Source: an uncultured virus (IMG/VR IMGVR_UViG_3300046010_015841) (Duplodnaviria > Heunggongvirae > Uroviricota > Caudoviricetes). From it: a stretch of DNA of 64,000 nucleotides. The notes below the pieces were generated by a model, which worked only from the letters and a program-made list of their open reading frames with translations, was not told where the DNA came from and ran no database searches. The stretch lies in IMG/VR virus record IMGVR_UViG_3300046010_015841; one strand, given 5' to 3'. This document shows positions 29,632 to 38,083 of this stretch, one piece after another. The translations under genes were made by a program, and so were the position numbers. Every line of letters starts with the position of its first letter. Position 1 is the stretch's first letter.

Positions 29632-29641
29632 CGTCGTCCAT
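29396..29641 (-). CDS. Alternative-frame ORF fully overlapping 29389..29631 (possible dual coding)
   Basis: ATG in A-rich context, AT-rich third positions, C-terminal hydrophobic helix. Confidence 0.4.
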   Translation of the reverse strand: MDDGDSKNKIFKTIKKEANRAIQKLIIDVSYVLPAAWLRRPIQADYGPDWILLGRGRRLLFHFRLFLVILYIIVEIFKNQI

Positions 29642-29680
29642 ATATTTTTAGGTTAGTTAAACAATTTATAACCTGTTATA

Positions 29681-29689
29681 TATAAATAT
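29681..29689 (-). promoter_or_regulatory. Putative late promoter motif
   Basis: ATATTTATA upstream of the terminase operon. Confidence 0.6.
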
Positions 29690-29696
29690 ATAATTA

Positions 29697-29724
29697 GAAA
29701 GAAAGCTCGCATTATAGCGAGCTT
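29697..29724 (-). terminator. Intrinsic terminator
   Basis: AAGCTCGC-TATAAT-GCGAGCTT followed by TCTTTCT. Confidence 0.7.
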
Positions 29725-29747
29725 AACTTAATTTATAACATCATATA

Positions 29748-30476
29748 TTATTTTACCAATAATCCTAAAACAGTACCAGCAGCAATACCAACGCCAACGC
29801 CTTTAAACTTATTCCAAAATGCTTTCTTTTGAGCAGCTTTAAGATCTTTCTTAAGGTATTCACTTACTTGTTGTTGCATTTCGAATTGTTTTGACTTTAA
29901 AGCAATAGCTGAATCGGCTTGTACTAATGCTGCTTTAGAAAACATAAGTGAATTTTGCAATGCACCAACTTGATTAGTTAAAGCACCGTTTTCTTGTTTT
30001 GATGTAGCTAATTCACCTACTAAATGATCTTTTTCTACTAGTTCAATAACAATAGCGTTACCAACATTTTGATCAAGTGCTAAATCAACACCTATTTTAG
30101 GTACAGTATCATATCGTTTTACAAAAAACGTATCAATTACTTCTTTTGGTAAATTACGAAGAGCAGCTAGTGCCTCTTCTTTTGCTTTACGTTGCTGTTC
30201 TGCTTTAATTTTGAGAGCATCTACTAATATACCAGATTGTTCTGCAATACCTTCATATAATTCAGAAGAATCTTTAAAACGTTCTTTTTCTGCTACTGCT
30301 TCTTCAAATTGATCTTGCACTACAGCAATTTCTTTTTCTAAAAGTTGAACTTCTTTTTTGTATTTACTAGAACACCCAGTATCACGAATTAAAAACAATA
30401 AGATAAAACATAAAACTACAGTTATTGGAGTTTTATTACGTCCTACAAAATCTAAAAAAGCATCAAAATATTTCAT
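29748..30476 (-). CDS. Membrane-anchored coiled-coil protein (spanin-like candidate)
   Basis: N-terminal hydrophobic helix, long coiled coil, C-terminal GVGVGIAAGTVLGLLVK. Confidence 0.5.
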   Translation of the reverse strand: MKYFDAFLDFVGRNKTPITVVLCFILLFLIRDTGCSSKYKKEVQLLEKEIAVVQDQFEEAVAEKERFKDSSELYEGIAEQSGILVDALKIKAEQQRKAKEEALAALRNLPKEVIDTFFVKRYDTVPKIGVDLALDQNVGNAIVIELVEKDHLVGELATSKQENGALTNQVGALQNSLMFSKAALVQADSAIALKSKQFEMQQQVSEYLKKDLKAAQKKAFWNKFKGVGVGIAAGTVLGLLVK

Positions 30477-30479
30477 TTA

Positions 30480-31520
30480 TTATTTTGTTTTAGAAACTTC
30501 ATAGATGCTATCATAATCTTTAAAAGATTCTCCACTATTATCAATATCTTCAACACCTGAATCTTCCATTAATTCTTCATCATCAAGATCTACAATATCA
30601 ACATCGGCTGCTTTAACAGAAGCAGGTTTAATTTCTTTACCTAATTTTTTAGATAATATTTTAGAAATGCTAGCAGCATCTACTGATTTGAATTTGAAAT
30701 CCAAAGTAGTAAGTACTTTGTCTAATACTTCTGGTTCTAATTCTTTAAGTTTTGTAACTAAAGTATCAAGTCTTTTAGCTAAGATATCAGTACTAGCTTC
30801 TTTACCTTTTTGTAATGCTTTTTTATAGTCAGCAGCACTTAAATCGCCTTCTTCTTCGCGAATAGCACCAAGACGAATCTTAGAATCTTTATAGGATCTG
30901 ATAATAGATTGAATTAAAGAATCATTATCAATAGTAAAAGAAGTTGCTTTTTGTGTTACAGGATCTAAAGTAACAGCTTGTGCTTTTTCAATATTTGCAT
31001 CAACTGGTTCTTCTTCTGGTTCAGGAGCAGGACCACCTGAAATAAATTCTTCTTCCTCTTTATCAGAAACTTCTTCTGTTTCAGTACCACCAGTTGCTGT
31101 AAGACCATCTACACTAATCAAAGCAGCAAATACAGGATATATACGAGGCATCAATGCTTTTCCTTTTTCATCTACAAACCCTAAACCAGCAGCAATTTCA
31201 GGACCAGTAATTTCACTTTTTCCTTCCAAAAACTTCAAAGTATCAGCTAATTTTGATGGGCTAATAGGACCACCAGTTTTAATATCTTTAGCTTTTTCTT
31301 TAATATCGTCAGCTACTTTAAAGACAACAGCTTTACGAGCCATTTCCTCTAATTCAACTGAACCACCAGCTCTAAGTGTTTTTTCAATATCAGCCTTATC
31401 TGTTGGTTTTAATCTACTGTAGTCAGGATCGGCCTTAGCCATATTAACTGAACTAGGTCCGGCAAATAATTTTTCACGGATTTGAGCCTTAATGTATTCT
31501 TTTAAATCGCTTTTATTCAT
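30480..31520 (-). CDS. Putative internal head protein with HTH-like segment
   Basis: MNKSDLKEYIKAQIRE (start moved to 31520 because the first ATG abuts the late motif); LEEMARK; ITGPEIAAGLG. Confidence 0.55.
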   Translation of the reverse strand: MNKSDLKEYIKAQIREKLFAGPSSVNMAKADPDYSRLKPTDKADIEKTLRAGGSVELEEMARKAVVFKVADDIKEKAKDIKTGGPISPSKLADTLKFLEGKSEITGPEIAAGLGFVDEKGKALMPRIYPVFAALISVDGLTATGGTETEEVSDKEEEEFISGGPAPEPEEEPVDANIEKAQAVTLDPVTQKATSFTIDNDSLIQSIIRSYKDSKIRLGAIREEEGDLSAADYKKALQKGKEASTDILAKRLDTLVTKLKELEPEVLDKVLTTLDFKFKSVDAASISKILSKKLGKEIKPASVKAADVDIVDLDDEELMEDSGVEDIDNSGESFKDYDSIYEVSKTK

Positions 31521-31540
31521 TTGTTTATAGTTTGTGTCCA

Positions 31541-32071
31541 TTATAAATATTTACTAACCGCTTCTAACACAGCTTTAACGCGTTCCTCTGTTGTTCCTTT
31601 AACTTTTACTAATAGATGTGGTGGATTAGCTGCGAGTAAATCGCGTATAGTTTTGTCAATTTTATTTCTATATGCAATATCTGTTGTTCTAACGCCGTTA
31701 TCTTCAACGTCTACACCAGCAGGATCTACGTAAACTACAAGATCATATTCGTTTTTTAGCATTAATGCTGTTTGTATAAACGACATTTTTTCATGCTCAC
31801 TAATTGAACTTGCATTCATTGTAAATGCACACACATCCCAAATAGTACGATCTGTAATAATATTTGGTTGTAGCAATTCACTAGTACGTTCAGCTAAAAA
31901 TATAAATTGACCTTTTAATGTAGAATCTGTATTAAGTGGAATGCCCAAATCGCGCAAATATTTGCTACGTTCAGTTTGTACATTATGATCTTTTAAACGA
32001 TCAGTTTCACCTAATGCTTTAGCTAATGTAGTTTTACCTACACTCATTGTTCCTACTAATCCTATTTTCAT
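31541..32071 (-). CDS. P-loop NMP kinase-like ATPase (AAA_28/NadR-kinase-like)
   Basis: GTMSVGKTTL, ITDRT, YDLVVYV, EDNGVR. Confidence 0.75.
   Translation of the reverse strand: MKIGLVGTMSVGKTTLAKALGETDRLKDHNVQTERSKYLRDLGIPLNTDSTLKGQFIFLAERTSELLQPNIITDRTIWDVCAFTMNASSISEHEKMSFIQTALMLKNEYDLVVYVDPAGVDVEDNGVRTTDIAYRNKIDKTIRDLLAANPPHLLVKVKGTTEERVKAVLEAVSKYL
31542..31550 (-). promoter_or_regulatory. Putative late promoter motif
   Basis: ATATTTATA. Confidence 0.6.
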
Positions 32072-32349
32072 TATAAACGAGTTTTAAATAATGGGTTTTT
32101 TGCTGGTGGGAGGCCATTATGGTTGCGTCTAAAATCTTTCATAACTTCAACATTACTACCTTGATAAATGCCCCAAAAATAATATTCTTTTTTTCCACCT
32201 GAAATTAATGCAGGACCTTCAGTATTATGGAGTACCCAAATTTTTTCTTTTGCTTTAGGATCTTTTTTATCCATAACATCATGCCCTAAGCGTGTTGTTT
32301 GGGAAATATACAACACCTCACCTTTTTCGGTTTTAATTCTTCTTTCCAT
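32071..32349 (-). CDS. Hypothetical protein with a single LHxxxGPA unit
   Basis: LHNTEGPALI...KEYYFWG. Confidence 0.55.
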   Translation of the reverse strand: MERRIKTEKGEVLYISQTTRLGHDVMDKKDPKAKEKIWVLHNTEGPALISGGKKEYYFWGIYQGSNVEVMKDFRRNHNGLPPAKNPLFKTRL

Positions 32350-32599
32350 TTTGTTTTTCGTTTATTTTTTTCATTTGTTTTGCTATCTTTTTTTCTTGCT
32401 TTGCTTCTTTAGCTCTTAATTTAAGTGCTTTTTCAGCACCAGCTTTGTATTTAATGTCTACTAAAACAGGTCCATTTGGGTTTTTATCTAAATCAAAAGT
32501 CCATGTTTCAGTAGTAAGTTCATCTTCATATACACGAGTAAACTTACGTGGTTTTTCTTCTATTGATACGTCTTTTGGTCTACCTCTTCTTTCTTCCAT
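32333..32599 (-). CDS. Hypothetical basic protein
   Basis: RRGRPK (AT-hook-like); host-type promoter immediately upstream. Confidence 0.55.
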   Translation of the reverse strand: MEERRGRPKDVSIEEKPRKFTRVYEDELTTETWTFDLDKNPNGPVLVDIKYKAGAEKALKLRAKEAKQEKKIAKQMKKINEKQNGKKN

Positions 32600-32603
32600 A
32601 ACC

Positions 32604-32634
32604 TAAAATTACAAAATATTATTCTGTTTCCAAA
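32604..32634 (-). promoter_or_regulatory. Bacteroidota-type -33/-7 promoter
   Basis: TTTG-N19-TAATTTTA, 4 nt before the ATG. Confidence 0.6.
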
Positions 32635-34004
32635 ACTTGTGTTAATTCTACAAGATGACTGTGTTGAATCAATTTTTCAGCTACATAAATACCTTGTGCA
32701 CCTGCAACTGTAATACCACGAGCTGATAATGCATCGCCTACAAAGTGTACATTATTAAAATTCACTAATGATAAATCGTGATAATTAACTAGTGGTTCAG
32801 GAGACAAATATTTTACTTCAGGAATATACATACCCCAATCGTCACCAAATTCAAATACTTTATTCATATTATCAATAAAGTTCATTATATAATTTCCATA
32901 TTCTCCCATTATTTGGTTTAATTGAACTCCAATAATAGTATGAGAGGATAATACAGAACATTTAATTGGTTGTCCTTCAGATGTTAAAGATGGTTTTCGA
33001 CTTGGTGAATAATATAATCCGGCTTTGTCTCCATCATCCTTCCATTCACTATCTTTATCAATAAAATCTTGACATTTTTGTACTACATCACGTGACCATT
33101 TAAATGGATCTTCAATACCCTTAATTTCCATTAGGATACCAAAATTGGTCATATCATTTCGGAATTGTTCTCCTTTTTTAGCGTGGCCGTTGTAGCTGAC
33201 GTCGCCATAAGTTTCCTCCACAGCAACGTAAGCCGCATTGTTATTAGTACAAAAGCTACGGAGAGATACATTATCAAATTTCTGATATAATTTGAAATCA
33301 TATGATACATCAATTAATTTTTGGAAATATTTTTGTGGTGCTTCAAATCGAACACCAATTTGTACTGATTTAGGTTCAGTAGGAAACGAATATTCATCAG
33401 ATAGTTTTTGAGCAAAGTCAATACCTGATTTACCTACTGCAAATATAAGAGTATCATAGTTAATAAATTTAACATATTCTTGTTTTGGTTGAGAATATTC
33501 AACATAATTGTCTTTAAAGCTAATATCTGTTACTTCAGTAGTCCACATAAATTTTACACCCTTATCTAACAAATATTGATACCATGCTTTAGCAATCTCG
33601 TGAAGGAAATTACTTCCAATGTGCCATACAGGAAACATTCTCAAACCAAAATATGGTTTAATAAATTCAGGTTCCTCTTGTGGATCAGACATGAATATTT
33701 CTTCTGGTTTAGGATGAAAACGTCTAAAGTTACTAATAACTTGATCCATTAGTTCCATTGCCTTTTCATCACCACAATACTTGTTTAATTGGCCTCCAAT
33801 TGCTGTATGGTAAGTTAATTTACCATCAGACCAACCACCAGCACCTAACATGCCTGTCATTACTTCCTCAGGCAAACGATTAATAGGGTCGTTACCTTTG
33901 TCTATAATAGTGATTAATTCACCAGGATAGCCATTATCAACTAATTTAGTTGCTGCGTTAATACCAGCAACTCCTGCTCCTACAATTACGATTCTTTTAT
34001 CCAT
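32619..34004 (-). CDS. NAD(P)/FAD-dependent oxidoreductase (COG2509-like)
   Basis: IVGAGVAG, GAGGWSDGKL, IGVRFE, RSFCTN, NGHA, PEVKY, VGDALSARGI. Confidence 0.8.
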   Translation of the reverse strand: MDKRIVIVGAGVAGINAATKLVDNGYPGELITIIDKGNDPINRLPEEVMTGMLGAGGWSDGKLTYHTAIGGQLNKYCGDEKAMELMDQVISNFRRFHPKPEEIFMSDPQEEPEFIKPYFGLRMFPVWHIGSNFLHEIAKAWYQYLLDKGVKFMWTTEVTDISFKDNYVEYSQPKQEYVKFINYDTLIFAVGKSGIDFAQKLSDEYSFPTEPKSVQIGVRFEAPQKYFQKLIDVSYDFKLYQKFDNVSLRSFCTNNNAAYVAVEETYGDVSYNGHAKKGEQFRNDMTNFGILMEIKGIEDPFKWSRDVVQKCQDFIDKDSEWKDDGDKAGLYYSPSRKPSLTSEGQPIKCSVLSSHTIIGVQLNQIMGEYGNYIMNFIDNMNKVFEFGDDWGMYIPEVKYLSPEPLVNYHDLSLVNFNNVHFVGDALSARGITVAGAQGIYVAEKLIQHSHLVELTQVLETE

Positions 34005-34462
34005 ATTGGTTTATTGTTTAATTTGTTCCAGTTTAATCCTTTAATTTTTACTTTATCTTGAATATAATAAGTTTTATAGGCCTCAATTGTATCTTCATTT
34101 TTATATTCTTCAGGCATTGCTTGTGGTGGTGGAGTAAAACCAGCATCGGGAATATTAGGTTCATTATCACGACACCATTCAATTACATCTTGTGTTTTAT
34201 GACGTTTGCCATAACGTTTATTAAATTCATAACACACCTCAAGACCGTGTTTTACAAGCCAACGATAATGTTGAATTGATTCACGTGTCCATTTAGTTGA
34301 TGGATGGTTGAAGTGAGCACGTTTGTAAGGTGCTTCACCACCAACAGCCCAATGGGCAGTACATAACATTTGAGCTGATTCAATTTGCATTTTGCGAACA
34401 TGATCGTCGCAAAGCTCTTGTGCAGCAACAATTGGATCAGCGTTAATATAAAATATATTCAT
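33986..34462 (-). CDS. Pyrimidine-dimer DNA glycosylase/endonuclease V family protein
   Basis: MNIFY..DP..AAQ.LCDDHVRKMQIESAQML, HFNHPSTKW, PPQAMPEEYK. Confidence 0.75.
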   Translation of the reverse strand: MNIFYINADPIVAAQELCDDHVRKMQIESAQMLCTAHWAVGGEAPYKRAHFNHPSTKWTRESIQHYRWLVKHGLEVCYEFNKRYGKRHKTQDVIEWCRDNEPNIPDAGFTPPPQAMPEEYKNEDTIEAYKTYYIQDKVKIKGLNWNKLNNKPIWIKES

Positions 34463-34466
34463 ATTT

Positions 34467-34497
34467 TAAAAATAATATTTTTATTTGGTTTCCCAAA
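34467..34497 (-). promoter_or_regulatory. Bacteroidota-type -33/-7 promoter
   Basis: TTTG-N19-TATTTTTA, 4 nt before the ATG. Confidence 0.6.
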
Positions 34498-34499
34498 AT

Positions 34500-34526
34500 A
34501 AAAAGTGGCGCACTTTCGTGCGCCAC
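34500..34526 (-). terminator. Intrinsic terminator
   Basis: GTGGCGCAC-GAAA-GTGCGCCAC followed by TTTTT. Confidence 0.9.
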
Positions 34527-34582
34527 AGCTGCTATATATATAGAACCTCTAATGAGGCGACTAGGCTATGAATCTAGTCTAA
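34500..34582 (-). ncRNA. Candidate pseudoknotted RNA overlapping the terminator
   Basis: Stem GACUAG/CUAGUC with loop AUUCAUAGC; loop CAUAGC is complementary to GCUGUG at the terminator 5' base. Confidence 0.45.
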
Positions 34583-34591
34583 TGTTTGTTA

Positions 34592-35398
34592 TTATTTTAT
34601 ATTTTGTTCAACCCATTTTCTAATTTCAATAGCTTGGGCTTTGTTATCTGTTGCTAATATATTAATATCATCTTCTATAAATTCTTCAACAGAACTAAAG
34701 TCTTTTGCTTTATTTAACATATCTCCATAATCTCCACCTAAATCACCACCACCTAAATCTAAAAGATATTCGTAATATTTTTTCAATTTATCTTTATCAA
34801 TATCTTCATTTAAACCACCACTAATTTCTTTGATTTTTTCTTGACAAAATTTAATGATGTCTTGTAAGTAATCAATTTGACCTTCTGTATTTTCAAAACC
34901 ACCATTCATTAAATCTTGTTTAATGTCGTTGTAGATTGCTGGTTGGTTTTCACTTAACTCTTTTTTTGACTCTTCGATATCTAAATCGCCTAACATAGCA
35001 TCAACATCAGGTCTTGGTCTAGATGTTTTTGGTTCTTGTTGTTTTGAAGTATATCCTTCTTTAGATATTAATTCTTTAACTTCTAAACTATTAAAAATAG
35101 GATTTACTGCTGGTTGAGGTACATTTCTTTCTTTAGCATAATCAATTTTTTGTACTCTTTTGCCGTCTTTTTTAGCTTTAAATAAGAATACTAAAGCAGC
35201 AAGTTCGCTATTTTTAATGCCTTCAGGTGCTTTACCAGAGGCTTTAGCTTGCTTTAAAATTTCTTCACCTTTTTCAGTGATTGTATAAGCACCACCAGTA
35301 CCAGCTGTACGAGCCATTTCTGGAAGAGCCATTTCACTAATAGGCATATTAGCTAGTTTTTGCATTCTTTGTGCCTCTGAAATAAATTGTTTACTCAT
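34592..35398 (-). CDS. Putative internal head protein with winged-helix-like segment
   Basis: MSKQFISEAQRMQKLANMPISE; EMART; KIDYAKERNVPQPAVNPIFNSLEVKELI. Confidence 0.55.
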   Translation of the reverse strand: MSKQFISEAQRMQKLANMPISEMALPEMARTAGTGGAYTITEKGEEILKQAKASGKAPEGIKNSELAALVFLFKAKKDGKRVQKIDYAKERNVPQPAVNPIFNSLEVKELISKEGYTSKQQEPKTSRPRPDVDAMLGDLDIEESKKELSENQPAIYNDIKQDLMNGGFENTEGQIDYLQDIIKFCQEKIKEISGGLNEDIDKDKLKKYYEYLLDLGGGDLGGDYGDMLNKAKDFSSVEEFIEDDINILATDNKAQAIEIRKWVEQNIK

Positions 35399-35403
35399 GT
35401 TAT

Positions 35404-35742
35404 TTATTTTACAATGTATTGTTGATTTCCAATATTTGCACCTAAAAGTGTGCTTGTATTAATCATACGATATTCACCTTTTTGAACATCAAATACTGGT
35501 AGTAATCCTTTAGCAATTGGATCATAAGGTAATTCACCACCTTTTAGGTATTTTTTTACACCAAAGCGAGCATTCATTACACGAGTAGTACCATCTTTTT
35601 TAATAAATGTTACAGTAAAAAAGGCACCTTTAGTGTCTTTAATCTTTTGGACTAATTCATCACGACTAATAGGTACCGCTTGTTCTTTAACAAGTTTTTT
35701 TACTTCGGTAATAAGATTTTGTTTGAACTCACTTAGTTTCAT
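35404..35742 (-). CDS. SH3-like (WYL_2-type) fold protein
   Basis: FTVTFIKKDGTTRVM...VFDVQKGEYRMI. Confidence 0.6.
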   Translation of the reverse strand: MKLSEFKQNLITEVKKLVKEQAVPISRDELVQKIKDTKGAFFTVTFIKKDGTTRVMNARFGVKKYLKGGELPYDPIAKGLLPVFDVQKGEYRMINTSTLLGANIGNQQYIVK

Positions 35743-35745
35743 GTA

Positions 35746-35754
35746 TATAAATAT
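35746..35754 (-). promoter_or_regulatory. Putative late promoter motif
   Basis: ATATTTATA, 3 nt before the ATG. Confidence 0.6.
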
Positions 35755-35765
35755 ACAACAAAACG

Positions 35766-36524
35766 TTATTCCTTCGTATTTGCTTCGTATGTTCTATTGG
35801 AAACAGTGTGGTATTTATGACAACTATTACATTGTAATTGGATTCGTGCCAATCCTGATGCAGTATAACGTCTTTGTGAAAATCTCATATCAGTAGAACC
35901 ACATTCAGGACATGAACATTTATCATCTGTTTGAGCAACACCGTAATGTACTTTGTGTGGAACGTAGTTGGCAATTTCGTTATATACTTTTTCAAGTATT
36001 CCAACATCGTTTTTACAATAGTCAACCATTTGTTTTAAGGCTTTCTTGTCTTTTTTCAAAACAATGTCTTTCCATAAATCAAATCCGGTTTCTAATTTTT
36101 CACCTACGTTAAGGAATTGTGCAATGTAATCCAAACGATTACTATTAAAACGGAATTTAGAACGAGCGTGTTTTAATGTATCAATTGTAGTATAAGTAGG
36201 AAATACTGGAATACGATGAAATAAGCAGCGTGTGCGAATCCAAGGTAAATCGAATTTATCGCTATTATGTCCTACTAATTCAGATGCTTCGTTAGCTACA
36301 GTCATAAACTGTTCTAACATTTCTTTATCGTCTTGGTTTTCATCCCATGTAAGAGAATAAACCTTGTTTTCATCTGCCCATTTGTAACAGATACAGATGA
36401 TAGCTCTTTCTTTGATAATATTACTATATGGCACATTTAGCTTATAGCCAGATTGCCAAAAGAACCCGATGTTTGGGCTAGTTTCTATATCAAAGAATAG
36501 CCTTTTCTTTTTGATTTTACTCAT
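35766..36524 (-). CDS. DnaQ/RNase H-like 3'-5' exonuclease with C-terminal Zn ribbon
   Basis: FFDIET, GHNSDKFDLP, YCKNDV, CPECG...CNSC. Confidence 0.85.
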   Translation of the reverse strand: MSKIKKKRLFFDIETSPNIGFFWQSGYKLNVPYSNIIKERAIICICYKWADENKVYSLTWDENQDDKEMLEQFMTVANEASELVGHNSDKFDLPWIRTRCLFHRIPVFPTYTTIDTLKHARSKFRFNSNRLDYIAQFLNVGEKLETGFDLWKDIVLKKDKKALKQMVDYCKNDVGILEKVYNEIANYVPHKVHYGVAQTDDKCSCPECGSTDMRFSQRRYTASGLARIQLQCNSCHKYHTVSNRTYEANTKE

Positions 36525-36543
36525 AACGAATATAATTTGACTG

Positions 36544-36575
36544 TAAACGTAATACCCAAGAATTGGGTATCCAAA
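36544..36575 (-). promoter_or_regulatory. Bacteroidota-type -33/-7 promoter with palindromic spacer
   Basis: TTTG-N20-TACGTTTA; spacer ATACCCAA-TTC-TTGGGTAT. Confidence 0.6.
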
Positions 36576-36583
36576 TTTGTTTT

Positions 36584-36838
36584 TTAATCTAATTCAAAAT
36601 CGTCGTTACGATCTAGAATAAAGAAATCACTAACACCGTCTTGATTTATAAGTGTTATTTTAACGTCGTTACCATATGCTTCAACGTCGTCAACTTTCAC
36701 TTTATCACCTTGGCTTAATTTACCTAATTGAGCCATTAACGTGTATTCAGCACCTACTTTAACACTACCTGCTTTAATTTCATTTACCATACCAGCAAGT
36801 TTTTGCATTCTTTGTGCTTCGTTGATATATTGTTTCAT
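36584..36838 (-). CDS. Putative internal head protein (RMQKLAG peptide)
   Basis: MKQYINEAQRMQKLAGMVNE. Confidence 0.55.
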   Translation of the reverse strand: MKQYINEAQRMQKLAGMVNEIKAGSVKVGAEYTLMAQLGKLSQGDKVKVDDVEAYGNDVKITLINQDGVSDFFILDRNDDFELD

Positions 36839-36842
36839 ATTA

Positions 36843-37325
36843 TTATTTTTGTGTTTCAGTTGATGGTGGAGTACTTACTGGTTCTCCTTTAGCAGGTGTT
36901 AATTGTTGTTGTGCTAGATCTTCAGGGGACAAATTACTACTTATAGGACCATACTGTAATAATTCAGCTACTTCTTTAGTAGCTCTTTCACGTTCCTTAA
37001 GCGTTAACATATCGTACTTAATTCCTCCTATTCTAGCAAGAAAATCTTCTGTATTCCAAATTAAAGTAAATGTTTGATTATTTGCAAGAACAACTCTAAA
37101 TGTAGTTGGTTTTGGAGCAACCCATTGAATGTCATTTACAAATATTCTAAATTGGAATCCCATTAGTTTTTCTAATGCTTGACGTAATTGAGGGAATCTA
37201 TAAAGCATCACATTCATAGGTGAATTAGGATCACCTTGATAGGCTGCTTCTTCTTGTTTTCCCATTATTTGACGTACACGGCCTCTAATATGGGCTACTA
37301 ATTCTTCTTTTGATTGAAATTCCAT
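36843..37325 (-). CDS. Hypothetical protein
   Basis: 160-aa ORF, tightly packed in the operon. Confidence 0.6.
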   Translation of the reverse strand: MEFQSKEELVAHIRGRVRQIMGKQEEAAYQGDPNSPMNVMLYRFPQLRQALEKLMGFQFRIFVNDIQWVAPKPTTFRVVLANNQTFTLIWNTEDFLARIGGIKYDMLTLKERERATKEVAELLQYGPISSNLSPEDLAQQQLTPAKGEPVSTPPSTETQK

Positions 37326-37327
37326 AA

Positions 37328-38083
37328 TTATTTCTTTTTAGCCATTTGTGCTTTAATAGCAATATCTCTTCCTATTTTCCAATCTTCACTATCTACATCA
37401 CCATCGCCATCTCGATCTTTACCTTTCTTTTCTGCTACTACTACATCTAATGGATCTTTTTCTTCAATTTTTAAGGCATCCATTGTAGCATCAATTTTAG
37501 CTACATTTTCTTCACCATCTAAGTAATCAAAAGCACCTTGTAAATAGTCTTTAGCTTTGATAATATTTGATTGCCACCATTGTGGAAAATCTATTTCAGC
37601 ACCTGTATCACCGTATGCTTTAATTTTCTTATATAACATAGCAGCCATTTTAGCTGTTCTAGTTAATTCATTTTTAAGCATTCCTGGTTCATCATCTTGA
37701 TGGCCTATGTCAATATCTTCATTAACAAATTTATTTTCTTCTCTATCTTTTTCAATAAGAGCTAACACATTAATTAATTCAGCGTATGCTTGATCTAAAC
37801 CTTTAATTACTTCAGGATCCTGGTCCATACCAAAGTCCATAGCTGCTTCTACTTTTTTAAGTGTAGAACCAATATCAAATATTTTACCAGTTAATTCTGT
37901 GCCTTGAACTTCAGCTATTTTTTTAGCTTTAGCAGTAGCGATAGCATACATAGATGCTTCGTCACCTTTAAAGGATTTTTTCATTCCTTTAACGATATCT
38001 TCTTTTTTCTTTTTCTCCGCTTTAGTAAGAGCTCTTTCTCTTACAGCACGGCGTATCATTTCTTTTAATTCTGAATGTTTCAT
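37328..38083 (-). CDS. Putative internal head protein, multidomain, with EF-hand-like loop
   Basis: MKHSELKEMIRRAVRE; DRDGDGDVDSED near the C-terminus. Confidence 0.55.
   Translation of the reverse strand: MKHSELKEMIRRAVRERALTKAEKKKKEDIVKGMKKSFKGDEASMYAIATAKAKKIAEVQGTELTGKIFDIGSTLKKVEAAMDFGMDQDPEVIKGLDQAYAELINVLALIEKDREENKFVNEDIDIGHQDDEPGMLKNELTRTAKMAAMLYKKIKAYGDTGAEIDFPQWWQSNIIKAKDYLQGAFDYLDGEENVAKIDATMDALKIEEKDPLDVVVAEKKGKDRDGDGDVDSEDWKIGRDIAIKAQMAKKK

Noticed and set aside
34538..34552. AGAGGTTCTA resembling the start of a preQ1-I riboswitch
   Set aside because: The complementary CCCTCT strand and the A-rich tail are missing.
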